Assembly: GCA_963920595.1 (NCBI GenBank)
Contig: OY986947.1
Span: 6,262,001 to 6,326,000 of the forward strand
Length of the DNA stretch: 64,000 nt
Origin: Eimeria praecox
Taxonomy: Eukaryota
Direction of reading: 5' to 3'
A program made the position numbers and the translations under genes. Below, piece after piece: positions 24,870 through 40,200 of this stretch (position 1 is its first letter; each line of letters opens with the position of its first letter). Under the pieces are notes generated by a model, which worked only from the letters and a program-made list of their open reading frames with translations, did no database searches and was not told the origin of the DNA.

Positions 24870-26092
24870 TCTTCATCATCAGTATGAGCTGGGATAATCA
24901 TTGAGCTAACTCGAGGAGGATCTGCGGATGCAGCTGCTATCCCTACTGCCTCCAACACTGTGGCGCAGCTTGTGTGGGGAGCCAGGAATTTCGCTTGTCG
25001 TTTTGCTTGTTCGTGTGGCGGCGCTGCGAATAGTCCCGCTTCTCCACCTCAAGTTTGTTAATGCATCTACAATGTCGGGTGATGTGGCCTTGTTTATTGC
25101 AAAGGAAGCAGAAATGCTCCTCGGCGCACCGTTCCGACTTACTTGGTGCAGACTGCGCTAGCTTCTGCGGATTATAGCTTAGCTTTTAATTCCCTTCTGT
25201 GATAGTCCGGCATTCACAACCCCAATATCCATAGGCTGTGGGTTTGAATCGTTGCCCTGCCCTCCCTCTTCCTTGTCGGCTATGGCGGTCGAAGTGTCAT
25301 TTTCCCCTTCCTTTATGCGGAGATGCTCTACCCTCTAGATAACGTTAAAATGCTTGACTGTTAGTTACCTACCTGGAGCCCAGCCGGTAAACCACTGACT
25401 CTCCCAGGGAAAGGCCCGCTATGAGTCAACCATATAAGAACTGCTTGTTGATGGCTTGCCTTCTGTTCGCCAAACAATGATAATGCTCGATGTAGCGTTT
25501 TGTTACAGCTTTTTGTACTCACGTTTTTTCGTTCTCCCCATATCCTGCTCCCTTGGTAACCTGGGAATAAACCTCTCATCGCAGAGCCTCGCGGATGGTT
25601 TGAATGGCCTTCGTGTTTTGGGGGAAGGCGAAGCCCTTCCGCAGGTGCAGCGGCCTTCGCCGTGCACTTCCTTTTAATAGAAGAGGTGCTAATACTTGCT
25701 GTAGATCTTCAGGTGTGTTTTAAGGTTGCATGTATAAGTAGCGGCAACTAAGGAACTCTTCTACTGCCCCTCTTCCTTGGTGCCCTCTCTGGATGGACCG
25801 TAGAGGCGGAACAGTCATGATTTGTTCTTGATCCACTGATTAGGATGGGGGACGCGAGTCTGTTTCTGCTCGGCGACGCTCCCGGCAGCCAACTGCCCCA
25901 TCAACCTAGGCATCAGTATCCACCATGCAAGAGAATAGGGTTGAGGCTTTGATAAAGATTTTTTAAAAAGTGTGTAAGGTTTTTTTTTCCATTTTTCCCT
26001 ATAAGGCGTTGCTACATACTATGCCGCTCGGCGGCGGGGAGGTGGGGTTAGTCGCTCGCACCTGCGTCGATAAATCTCCCGGTGACAGTAAG
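24870..26092 (-). mobile_element. Decayed leader plus gag region downstream of the 5' LTR at 26093..26439
   Basis: Follows the LTR on the minus strand and runs into the PMDIG motif and the CCHC knuckle (25069..25110). Multiple stops. Confidence 0.6.
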
Positions 26093-26439
26093 TGTAATGA
26101 GAGTCCTCAACCTTAGTCGAGGACCGTTGCGAGATGCAGTGGAGTTCTAGACTTAAATAATGAATTCGTAAAAGCCAGATGATCTCAACTCCAGCCTCTA
26201 CGAGTCCTGAGCACCGCAGCTTGTAGGCAAATGGGCTGGCCTCTGCTAGGCTGCAGCATCCCTTGCTGCAGCTGATGCTCCAGGGCAGGTCAACATGCAC
26301 GCACAACGCAATCCCTTTGCTGCCTACGGTTGCACTGTAAACTGCTATGTAGGCTGTCTCTAATCAGTTACTTAACTTCCACAGTAAGCCTGCTAGCATA
26401 TAGGGATATGAGTACCAGCATCAAAGATACTGTTGCACA
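26093..26439 (-). mobile_element. LTR (347 bp, TG...TTACA on the minus strand)
   Basis: Reverse-complement homology to 16069..16432; TG/CA termini. Confidence 0.7.
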
Positions 26440-26450
26440 TCAAGCCAAAG

Positions 26451-26523
26451 CACCCCCGGCGGGATTCGAACCCGCAACCTTTGGATTAGAAGTCCAACGC
26501 GCTATCCATTGCGCCACAGGGGC
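26451..26523 (-). tRNA. tRNA-Arg(TCT), solo inverted copy
   Basis: Reverse complement GCCCCTGTGGCGCAATGGATAGCGCGTTGGACTTCTAATCCAAAGGTTGCGGGTTCGAATCCCGCCGGGGGTG; two differences from the array copies. Confidence 0.95.
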
Positions 26524-27430
26524 TTCGTCGTTCGCCCCCGCCACTCCCCCCCTCGTCGCCTTTACGCGAGGCCCTTTTTCCTGATACTCCTGTTGGCTTC
26601 CTGGATAGGGTTTCCCAGTTGCTGCTTCCTCAGTCCGCCAACTCTGTCCATGAGCTTACAGTATGTAGACATGGCTGATAAGGCGCAACTCTACTGGAAC
26701 CACAACATCAAGGCACCCGTCATATCTGGAAGGTCCCCACGGGCGGAGGTATTGCTCATGAACAGAGTTTACGGAACAAAAGCACTTCTCACAATGTAGA
26801 CTGCTCAGAGCCACTCATCCCAGTGGCCTCGCTGGCGGAAGCCAACCGCTCGACTAATGCCCATATTTTCGACTGGAAAAGCAGGCTGGATTCCGTTGGC
26901 GTGTGATTTCAAAAATGCTTCTTTGCGGCAAGGAGAACAGATTCAAGGACGAATATTGCTCTAGCTCAAGCCCCTGCCTTGTGTGCTGAAGTTCTCTAAA
27001 TCACGCGGTGCTACCAACTGTAACGAATCTTGAGTATTTGTAAGGACACCCGAGATAGTGTATCCTCCAAAGCAGCTGTCCTCAAGACCCTTCTACAGGC
27101 CTCCTGAGGACCGCTTCACTGGTTCCTCCAGCTGCTGGTTAGGGGAGGCGGCCTATCATAGTTGCGATACCCTTTGATGCAGCTACTGCCCCAAAGACAG
27201 CTGCAAGTGCGCGCATTGACTAGCACCTGTAGGTTACATTCAAGATCACCATAGCCGATTGTTGAATGTTCACTTGGATGCCGGTAGCCAACATACGCAT
27301 ATGAGTGGACGTATGAACCCTCTTCTAGGAAAACCGAGCTACAACAAGCTTCCACACGATTTGTGATCGCTTCCTCTTCAGTGGGCAATGCCTTCTGAGA
27401 TTTTCTGCAATCGTTTCACCAAATTAGGGT

Positions 27431-30639
<3,209 letters not shown>

Positions 30640-31817
30640 CTTCTTCAAGCTGGCCGTCAGATTAAAAGCCTTCGCATGCTCTAGCGAAACGCAATAAAAT
30701 TAATCAGCTGAGAACTGGAGATTCCAGAAGGAGGTGCAAGTACACCAACGCTACATATACCAGACCAACGGAGCAGTACAGAGGCTGCTGGGCTGGCGGG
30801 CTTAAGCTGGGTCAGACAAGTTCTAGAAAGTCAGTAGCCTGCGTACAGGAATTTGACGAGGCCACGAGCACCGAAGCCTAAGACGTATACCCACCCCTAA
30901 CGGTCTGCTCCGCCCTGGTGGTTGGCCTGAGGCAGACAGGTCGGTGCTTGCAGTTCAGCCAGTGCAAAACAGCTTCACACGAGACAGAAGTTGAAAGGGA
31001 GAAGGTTTTGCGGTAGTCAGTTCATGAATTGCGATGCAGCAGACAAGAGCTGCGACAACGCCCCTCCCGCGAGCGGTCTGTGGCGTACCTGCGGCTGCTG
31101 TTAGACCGCCCCCAGCGGCAGCCACCGAAGGATTTGAAAGTCAAGAAAGTTGAAATTTATAAAACAATAAAAAACAATCGAAGAAATCACAAGCTCTTGA
31201 AGAAGGCGCGAGAGTGACCAACACAGCCCCATGAGCTCTCAAGCTCATCACCCTCTGGGCAAGCCGAGTCGTCGGCGGTCGCAAGCAGCCACACCGCCGG
31301 AGCTCGGGGCCTCATATGGGGACTCAGAGGCATATATTGCTGTCTAGAATGTTCAATTTATTATCTACTTAAAGGATGCATGATCAATTTATCTTTTAGG
31401 ATCAGTTTCATTCAGTGTTCGACGCATACTGACGGTCAATGTACAGCGGACCATCGGCGTTGGTCCTGTGTACAGATTGCAAATCGAAGCTGAGAAACCA
31501 TCTTCGTCCTTGTTCTAAGGAGAATAACAATATTACAATCATCATTTTTCTTGTAGTTGAGACATTTTGCCGATTATCCGTCCGGTGTGCCACCGCAATG
31601 TCTCGGGCAGCGCTGGTGCATTCAGTCGTTGTCTGTAGCTCATCTCGGTGTGCTTACCCATATACACCCTAAAGCGATCTTGACCACATTTATTCCTTTT
31701 TATCGTTGCAGAGAAGTCTCAGGTAGGCTTCTGGCGACGATCTAAGGGCTACCGCCTCTCAAAATCCGGCACCAAGCCATAAACCCTAAACGCTAAACCT
31801 TGACGCAAGAGCGAAAT

Positions 31818-32941
31818 ATGCGCCGAGAGATCCCCATGGCCCCGCCCCCAAAGGCCCTCCCTGCAAGGAGCGGCCTGCAGGGGAATCCTCCTTCTGGCGC
31901 CACCGTATTGCAGCCAATAGTAGAGGTGAGCGCTTAGGGATTGTCTGTCCTCCCAAACAAAGTTATGTAAAACCTAAGGACTGCTTCTCCCCTACCCTTT
32001 GTGTTGCCTCTCCAGACAGTCGAATCTTCAACTTCTGCCGTATACGTACTTGCATGCACCAAGCTTGTGCATTTAGTCATCAGGCGTGCACGCACCCTGG
32101 CAATGCTCGTTTGAATCCTTGCTGTGCCGTTGCATGGGTTTATTACGTATATGGCTGCGTGGAACACTGTTTCGTCTCATATGTGTTCATGCATTCATTC
32201 CCTAGGTAAGCGCATATATATGTATATATCTGTATATTCAACTTGCCGTTTGATTCAGAAGATGCGCCCGTCTACTTTATCCATTGGCGCGTGTTTATAA
32301 AATCATTGAGAACATGCAGCTGTATATAAAAGCACTCACATACATCCTTACATCTTCATTCCTTTACAAGGCGTGTACACCGAAACGCAAGCGTGTGTTG
32401 CCTGCATTGTACTGAGCACTTGCTGATTCCTGCATGCACGTTTCCTCAGGAGCACATTTGCACAGCAGTTATTTGTTTAAACTCCCTCCCAACATATGCC
32501 CTTCAGTGAAAGACTTTTACTGCGTGCCTTATAATATGTGCTTCACCGCTTCATTGAGGCGCGGCTTCCAGCTGTAACTGTTCACAAAGATGCATGTGTT
32601 GTAGATATTCGTGTTGCCTTGCAATTGTGTGGAGCGGTGACCTTGCAGGAAAGAGTGCGGGAGGTGGTTAAGGAACGCGTTGAAAATCGCTACATTGAAG
32701 TCCCCCAGGTGTATTATGTCGAGAAGGTCGTGGAAGTGCCCCAGGAGGTGCCAGAGGAGAAGATCGTCAGAGTAGTCAAACCCGTGAAGAAAGAAGTCAT
32801 AAAATACGTCAAAAAACCCGTCTATGTCGATAAAATCGTACAAGTACCCGAAATCAAGGTCAGAACCACGATAAGCAAATTAGACAGTTGACGCAGAGGC
32901 CAACAAACTGCATACACAGAACCTCCAGCCAGGAAACAAGC

Positions 32942-33005
<64 letters not shown>

Positions 33006-33979
33006 ATATGATATATGATATATGATATATTCTGTATTATGTATGTGCGCAAACACATATATATAATTTTCCTGTCATGCCTGTACTCTCTGTCTGTCTG
33101 TACAGTACGTAGACAAAATAGTTGAGGTCCCGCGATATGCAATAAAAGAGAAGATAATTGAAGTGCCCAAAGTGTTGGTGATAGAACGCATTATCCCCGT
33201 TTTGAGAAGCTACAGAAAGGAGCAGGTGGTGTATGTGGAGCCGGGCGCGCAAGTAAGCCGTAACCCCCTTGATCCCTGCTCTTTTCTGTCCTCCTACGGC
33301 CGGTGCCGAAGTTAGCGTGCACTTTCTGCCTTGATTTCGCGTGTACAGACGCCTCTCTGCTGTATACGTCCTACTTACCTGTATCCGCTAATCTTGTGGG
33401 TGGTTTCTTTGTCTTCTGCCGCTGCAGATACCCTTTGAGGGGCAGCAAGCCGCCCCTTACAGACCTCAAACTCGGTCGGAACAACAAAATGCAGCAACCC
33501 CCCCCACGAGGCATCCCGATGTCGTCAAACTTCCCCCACTCTGGACCCAAGACAGCCCCGCTGGAAGTACCCCCAAAGCGAGTCCCCTTGAGGGGCCCCT
33601 TGGGGGACCCCAAGCGGGTTCCCAAGAAGGTTTCTCTTTCGGTAGTTCCCAAGGGAGCCCTCAGGGGGGTTCCCAACGAAGCCCCCAAGAAAGCCCCTTC
33701 GGAGGCCCACTGGGGGGCCCTCTTGGAAGCCCCCCGGAGAAGCGCTACCAGCTTGGGGCCCAATCAGGGATTCCGCAAGGAGGGGGCGGTGAGGGGCTCC
33801 TGAGGACTCAAATGACAGCGCCAAATCTTCGCGGGAGCGGCTCCAGTGACTACGAGAGCAACGCTGTGGTGGGGTTAAGGCAGTCAAGGAGTGGGCCGGC
33901 TACTGCTGGTCGGCTGGGGAGCACGAGCTCGCATGGAGGGGATCCCCCGGAGTTGACGAAAACTCCTTCTGTGAACTAA
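31818..33979 (+). CDS. Alveolin / IMC protein (IMC8-like), ~338 aa. Exons 31818..31925, 32649..32858, 33106..33252, 33428..33979.
   Basis: All phase-0 GT-AG introns. Reads MRREIP...VLQPIVE|ERVREVVKERVENRYIEVPQVYYVEKVVEVP...EIK|YVDKIVEVPRYAIKEKIIEVPK...|IPFEG...TPSVN*. Confidence 0.9.
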
Positions 33980-34597
33980 GGACGCAAATGGGCAAAAAGA
34001 GCTGTTTGCACTTGGCTCCCCCAGCGCAGAGGAGTAAGCACATCTTCTTCAGTACAACAAATATGCGTAAAAGAGGTCTTGCGCCGGGGTCAGTAAACCC
34101 AAGAACTTCATTTGTTTTCAGCAGACTGCATCGAAGCAGGTGCTCTTCACCTACTTCTGCTGCACTGGGGAGGGCCCCCTAAGGAACCCCCTCAGACGCC
34201 CCCAGAGCTGGGGCAGGGACACATATGAAGGCCCCAGACTACGCGTCCTGTGGGAAAAGTTTGTGTTGCGTTTTTTGAAATTGATGAATTCTAAAGTTTA
34301 GCTATTAAAGAACAACACTGCGGTTTAAGAGGCCGCGTTTGCTCAGCACTACACATATAGGTGCCACGAATTCTGAGAGGATCAAACACCCTACACCCTT
34401 TCCTCATTTGTTCGTGCCAGCTACTCACAAATCCATCTCAATCACGTTGCTCAGGTCCTGCTCCAGCTGCCTGCGGCGCAACATACATACGCAACTTCAG
34501 TAGATGCATACGCTTCCTTTGGGTTTTGAAATTAGGATTTAGGGCTAGGGCTCAACGGAAGTAAGGATATGGTTTGAAGGGGCACGCCGCATTTGCA

Positions 34598-36334
34598 TTA
34601 CTCCAGGACAGCATCTGCCCGCAGTTTCGCTAGAGAAGGTCCATTGGTCCTTGGTGGCCCTAGGGCTGCTGTTGCTGCTGGTGGTGGTGTTGGGCTGGGA
34701 CTTGAGGCAGTAGAGGCCTTCATGCTGCTGTCGTGCCGCAGCAGCTTTTTGTGAGCTAAGAATGTATTCACCAGCGCCGCCAATTTGGGGAAAATGTAGA
34801 ACAGAGGAAATATCACGGGCACCGCAGCAGCAACAAACTCGCACAAACTAGCCGAGTCTGCTCAAGAAGACCGCGCAAGCGCAATAAAAATACAGAAATA
34901 TTACTGCTACACAGTATTATAATTGTATGACAAAAATACTGTTGCAGTAATAAAAAGCAAACAAATACAGTCAACAAACAAACTGATACACAGATGAACT
35001 GGACAGCCGATACATCAAACTCCAAATAAACAAGCCAACAACAAAATAGAGACGCCATAAAATATGCAAGCAAACACCGAAAAAGCATGAACCCATACAA
35101 TATAACGTACAACCATATCAACAAAAAGATGAGCAGCGCCGTCAGTCACTAATGAAAGCCACACTGCAGGCAATACCTCTTCTTTCTATAGAATAAACAC
35201 CTTGAATCAGTGTGCCAATTAGGCAATAAAATTATATATAAACTAGCCATACGCAATTATGCTGCCAAGTAACAAGACTGCTGGAAAAATCAAAAACACG
35301 TCTAGAGGGAATTAGCGCAAATCATAGGTTAAGGTCTTGAAGACCCTAAACCGTAAACCATAGGAAGAAAAAGAATCAGAATGCCTGCATGTGCACAAGT
35401 GCATATAAACATCATGATATTTGCATGAGTATTACATATTTCTGTCGATAACATCGCAGCAATGTTCATTTAGATTCGTTTTCAGCTCGAAAAGCGCACG
35501 ACCAAATGTTCGCCGTTCTGAAGAATAGCGCAGTCGTCTCGGGAACTTCCCTCTGGATAAGCGACGTACATGCAGCACAGACCTTGAACAGCTCCCTTGA
35601 GGAACAGAGGCGCATGAGAGACGCATGCAAGGGATCAACAGATAATATATTTACCGCAGAGTTCGTAGTGCTTGATGGCCTCAAGAAAAACAGCGTTTGC
35701 AGTTTCAGCGGCGAAAGTGGGGTCTGTCTCTCTGCTTTCTCCTGGATAAGGCTTATTGTGTCGCAAGTCGCACGCCACACTAACAATACACTTCAGGTAA
35801 AACAAGCAAAGATCCACGCGGGTAAATGGCTGCAAAGCCGGATGAACCGTCGTTGTCTGCTGCCCCTTCACGTGCACCCCCTCCGCAGGACTGCAGCAAA
35901 CACCCAAACAAACAAACTGGGGCATTTCTATGCCGCTGCTGATGTCACAAACGCCACCCGCATTAATATAGCCTGCTCGCATGTAGTATTATATGTATTA
36001 TTGTTGTTGTTGCCGTTTACGCTGCTGAGTATTGCCACTTTCTATCGTTGTAAACGGCTTTGTACTATTTGCCATTATCTAGTGGTGCTTTTGTTGGCCT
36101 GCAATTTACGATTGCTGCCTCTCAATATTACTTTTAATTAAGTATTTTTATACTTAATGTTATTGATATCGTTGCTAAAGCTATATTTACTCAGAATTAT
36201 GATATACGGCTCTTTCCTTAGGCTGAGTGCTAGAGGAGGCCTGCTCACTCAGGGAGAAGTTCACAGTCCACGGAGCCGTTGTTACCATCGCGGGGGTTCG
36301 GAAACCCCACACTAGCGTTTGGTTGCGCTGCTGA

Positions 36335-36372
<38 letters not shown>

Positions 36373-36975
36373 CCGGGCTTTTCCAGAGAAAAGCCGCTTG
36401 CTGCTGCAGCAGACGGGAGAGCACCGGCAGCAGGCGCTGCGCGCAGCTGCAGCTGCAGCAGACTTTATCTACGGCGTCCAAAGCGAAGCCGCAAACAAAC
36501 AAACCCTCAACCCCCTGCGGCCGTTTGAGGCACTGAGCATCTAAAAACATTCCCATCATCTCCCACAGGCGTTCTTCGTTCGCAGCTAGACAAGCTTCGA
36601 TCAGCACCTGCAGTGCTGCAGTCTCCTACAGGGGCACACAGCGCAGCAAAGCCCCCCCACCAATCGCAAAATGCACACAGATCATTTTTTAAAAGCAGGC
36701 AGAAGCAGCCACAAGAAGGGTGTGCCACTACGGCCAAACAAACATCATGCCAGCACCTTATCGAGCCTGCTCGTTAATCTTCAAATGTATGCAAGCCCAC
36801 CAATTTACTGCAGGGAAGCCATACACGGACAACTATAACACAGGACGCGTATATATACATGCTGGAGAGTATCAATGGTGGACATAGATGAGAAGAATTA
36901 CATATAATCCGCACGCATGCATGCGTTCAGCTCAATAAACGAACACAAATATAAACGTATGTATATACATGTACA

Positions 36976-37024
<49 letters not shown>

Positions 37025-37096
37025 CCATAAAAATATATATCAATATAGCAAGCAAGCCTAAATATGCTCGTAAACACAAAAGAGAAGCACATATGC

Positions 37097-37163
<67 letters not shown>

Positions 37164-37164
37164 G

Positions 37165-37220
<56 letters not shown>

Positions 37221-40200
37221 TAGATATAGATATATATAGATATAGATATAGATATAGATATATTTGTATTCATCTGTAGAAATTCTCGGTTGCGAGCGAA
37301 CCGCCATCCGTGAAGAATGAATAAATCCGCACGCTCAGCAAGATCGAAAGATGCATGCATATTCATTTGCATGTGTAACCAGGCATGGCGATATATTATC
37401 TCTAGCCTCATTTCTGTGGAGGGTCGTGGCCAGGTGTATAGGCACCTGCAGCTGGATGACTTCTTCAGCCGCTATGGGCGGAGGCGCCATCCCCGCCAGT
37501 GTTGGGGCTCCCATACGGGCATAGACCTCCAGCTTGAACAACAAAAGATTGAGAATTGGTTGCAGCAGATTTGCAGCCAGCAGCTGCTGCAGTATGCGCG
37601 CAGGCAGCTGCAGCAGCAACTTCAGAGGGTTCTGCACAACGCACAAGTAATAGGAATCCAACAGGGCTTCCGAGAGCCGAGGAGGAGCGACACAAAACCG
37701 CTCCAAAGAAAGAAAAGCTGCCGTATCAGCCCCCATATCTGCAATATCCTCTCCTACTATCACTGCTGCTGTTCCTGCTGCTGCTGCTGCTGCGTCTGCA
37801 GGCACGTCGTCCGCGGTGGGGCTGAAGTCCCCACAAGGGGCCGAAGAATCCGGGGAACTGTCTTCTTCATTTGCAAAAAAGAAATTAATCAGGGAGCAAA
37901 TTGCCGCAGAGATACCAGCCAACGGCTCGTTTGTCAGAAACAGTTGCAGCGCCTCGCCGTCCGCCTCCGCAGCAGCAGCAGCAATTGCTGCTGCCGCTGC
38001 ACCTGCTGCTACTGGTGTTCCTGTTGCCGTGGTACCGCAGGAACTTGCTGCTATGGCCCTGCACGAGCAAACAAGAAGGGCATATATAATGCATGCATCC
38101 ATCTATGCATTATATAGGTGCCTGCGTATATAAACATTGGCATGCATGCACATACACTTATATATATCAATTTACATGCATACATTTATGTATGGGCATG
38201 CACATATATACGAGTGCTTATGCAAAAAGCATAAACAAACGCATGCATATGCATACAAGCTTATAAGCATGCACAGATCCCACGAAACAGGAAGGGAATC
38301 ATACGAATAGACAAAAATGCAACTGGGGCAGAGGTACAAAAAAACACCACAAAAAATGGAGGAGCGAACGTGAGAGCAAATGTAGTCAAAGCACACACAA
38401 GGAGATAAAGGGGGAGAAGAAAAAACCACAAAACAAATATACGCATGTAGGACGAGCGAGCAAATAAACAAACAGAAAAGAAACGGCACGTAAACATACA
38501 CTCAGATAAAAGTGCAAGGGAGGCACAAGCAGGCAAATCAGCAAGCAAGAAACAAACAAATAAACAAAAAAAGCCAAATAAACAAATGGAAAAAACAAAA
38601 ACATAAGTGCAAGGGCAAATGCCAACAGGCAAATAAACGCACAGGCAGGCAAGTCAGGCTGCAAAGAGACACCCAACCAAAAGGTACAAACAATAATAGA
38701 AGAAGCAAAGCAAATACGTAAACAAACGAATGCAAGAAAACAAACAAATGAAGGAACCAGAAGCACAGGATCAGGCAAGAAACCAAAAAAGAAAGGTAGG
38801 CATGCAGCAAACCAAACAAGCAAACAGACAATTAAACAAATAAAACAAACAACCGGGCAAACAAACAAGCAAGCAAGAAAGCAAGGAAATAAGCAAGCAG
38901 GTAACCAAACAGGCAAACGAACAAACAAACAAACAAACCCATTCAGCCCATATGCTGACGTTTGCATCCAAAGCGCAACGCAGCGCTGTACAGCTGCAGC
39001 GGAAGGAAGGAGGTTGGTAGATGCCTGCTGCCTTTGGTTTTCACTGTCTCTTGCGTTGCAGGCAACAAGAGGAAAAGGCTCCAAGGCGAGACCCGCAACA
39101 GCCCTGAAGGCGCAGGCCTACACACGTTGCATGGGATTGCGTTAAAAGCCTGCATGCATGCAGGGAAATAAATACATCTGTTTCAAGTGTTAAACCCTGA
39201 CATGGGCATTGCGAGGCTCGAACTCGCGACCTTGGGATTATGAGACCCACGCGCTACCGACTGCGCTAAACGCCCTCAAGGCGACGGCAAATGCAGTCAA
39301 ATATTAATTCAAAAAGGGTTGAAATGCTGTGGAATATAAACCTCCCTTCAAATATAAATAATACACGCGGTTGCACAGCAGCACATGCATTGTATATACT
39401 CCACCACGTTTAAGGGCATTTCACGAAGTGTACACACTCCATAAGCTCAAGGGCGTTGTACTAAGCGTAAAAACATTCGCATACAGTCACGCAGCAATCC
39501 ATGCAGGGCACGCAGTGTATATACACAGCACACTAGATGGGAACTCCAGAGGTGTGGCTTGCTATGCTCTGAACCATAGAAAAGCAGCAAATAAAACAAT
39601 AAATAGGCGACGCAAGAAATGAAGCAGTTCAAATGGTTGCAAGGATCAGAGAGGCAATCAAGCAGCTGCAATTGCTTCCGAAATACCTGTTGAGGGGATC
39701 TGCAACATCAGCAGCTAATAATGCTGCCGGATGGGGCGTTGCTGCTTGCAGCAGCAGCGAAGGGGATACAGGGGAAAACGGGAAGTCTAAGGAAGCCTTC
39801 TCAGGCAAACAGTCATGAAGAGCCTCTGTGAAAAGACGCAGCATCCAGTGGCTCAAAGTGGGGCTGCAGAAGCAGCGGCACAAGCAGCAGCAGCACAGCC
39901 AGCACAAGCAGCAGCGCAAGCACCAAATAACTCAAACAGTGCGAGCTGCTCAGTATCGCAGATGTTTGGGGCTTAAAGCTTTTAGCAATGAAGGGCTTAT
40001 ACGGTTCATCTAGGCCTTGCTCCCAACGGTGGAGGCAAGAAAACGTAAAAGCAGAAAAAAATAAAAACACGCAGTGAAAGAACGAAGACACAAAATCAAG
40101 GAGCAGCAACCAAATACAAAAAGATAGAAACAAACACCAAAATAGGCGAGCAAATACAATGATGGTGCAGAAACGAAGACAAAACGAGCAAGAAGAGGAG

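Larger units (their letters stand above)
16520..25340. repeat. Tandem amplicon of ~2588 bp: three full units (16520-19107, 19108-21695, 21696-24291) plus a partial fourth. Each unit holds a tRNA-Arg gene and retrotransposon fragments.
   Basis: Near-identical sequence and ORFs recur at +2588, +2588 and +2596 (unit 3 has 8 extra nt at 23313..23320). Segment 15210..15612 is also homologous to the end of each unit. Confidence 0.95.

Noticed and set aside
17156..25161. Small repeated plus-strand ORFs in the amplicon (e.g. MQLLSLLPP..., MNRVKGVR...)
   Set aside because: They are antisense to decayed gag/pol fragments; their recurrence only reflects the recent duplication.
35466..35640. ORF ending ...RAENESK* as the last exon of the INTS2-like gene
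   Set aside because: A phase-matched donor at 35654 joins better to exon 34598..34857, which carries the expected motif.
38172..39084. Hydrophobic Cys/Leu/Phe-rich ORFs that look like membrane proteins (also 39813..40276, 47551..48121)
   Set aside because: They derive mostly from TTTG-rich intronic low-complexity tracts.
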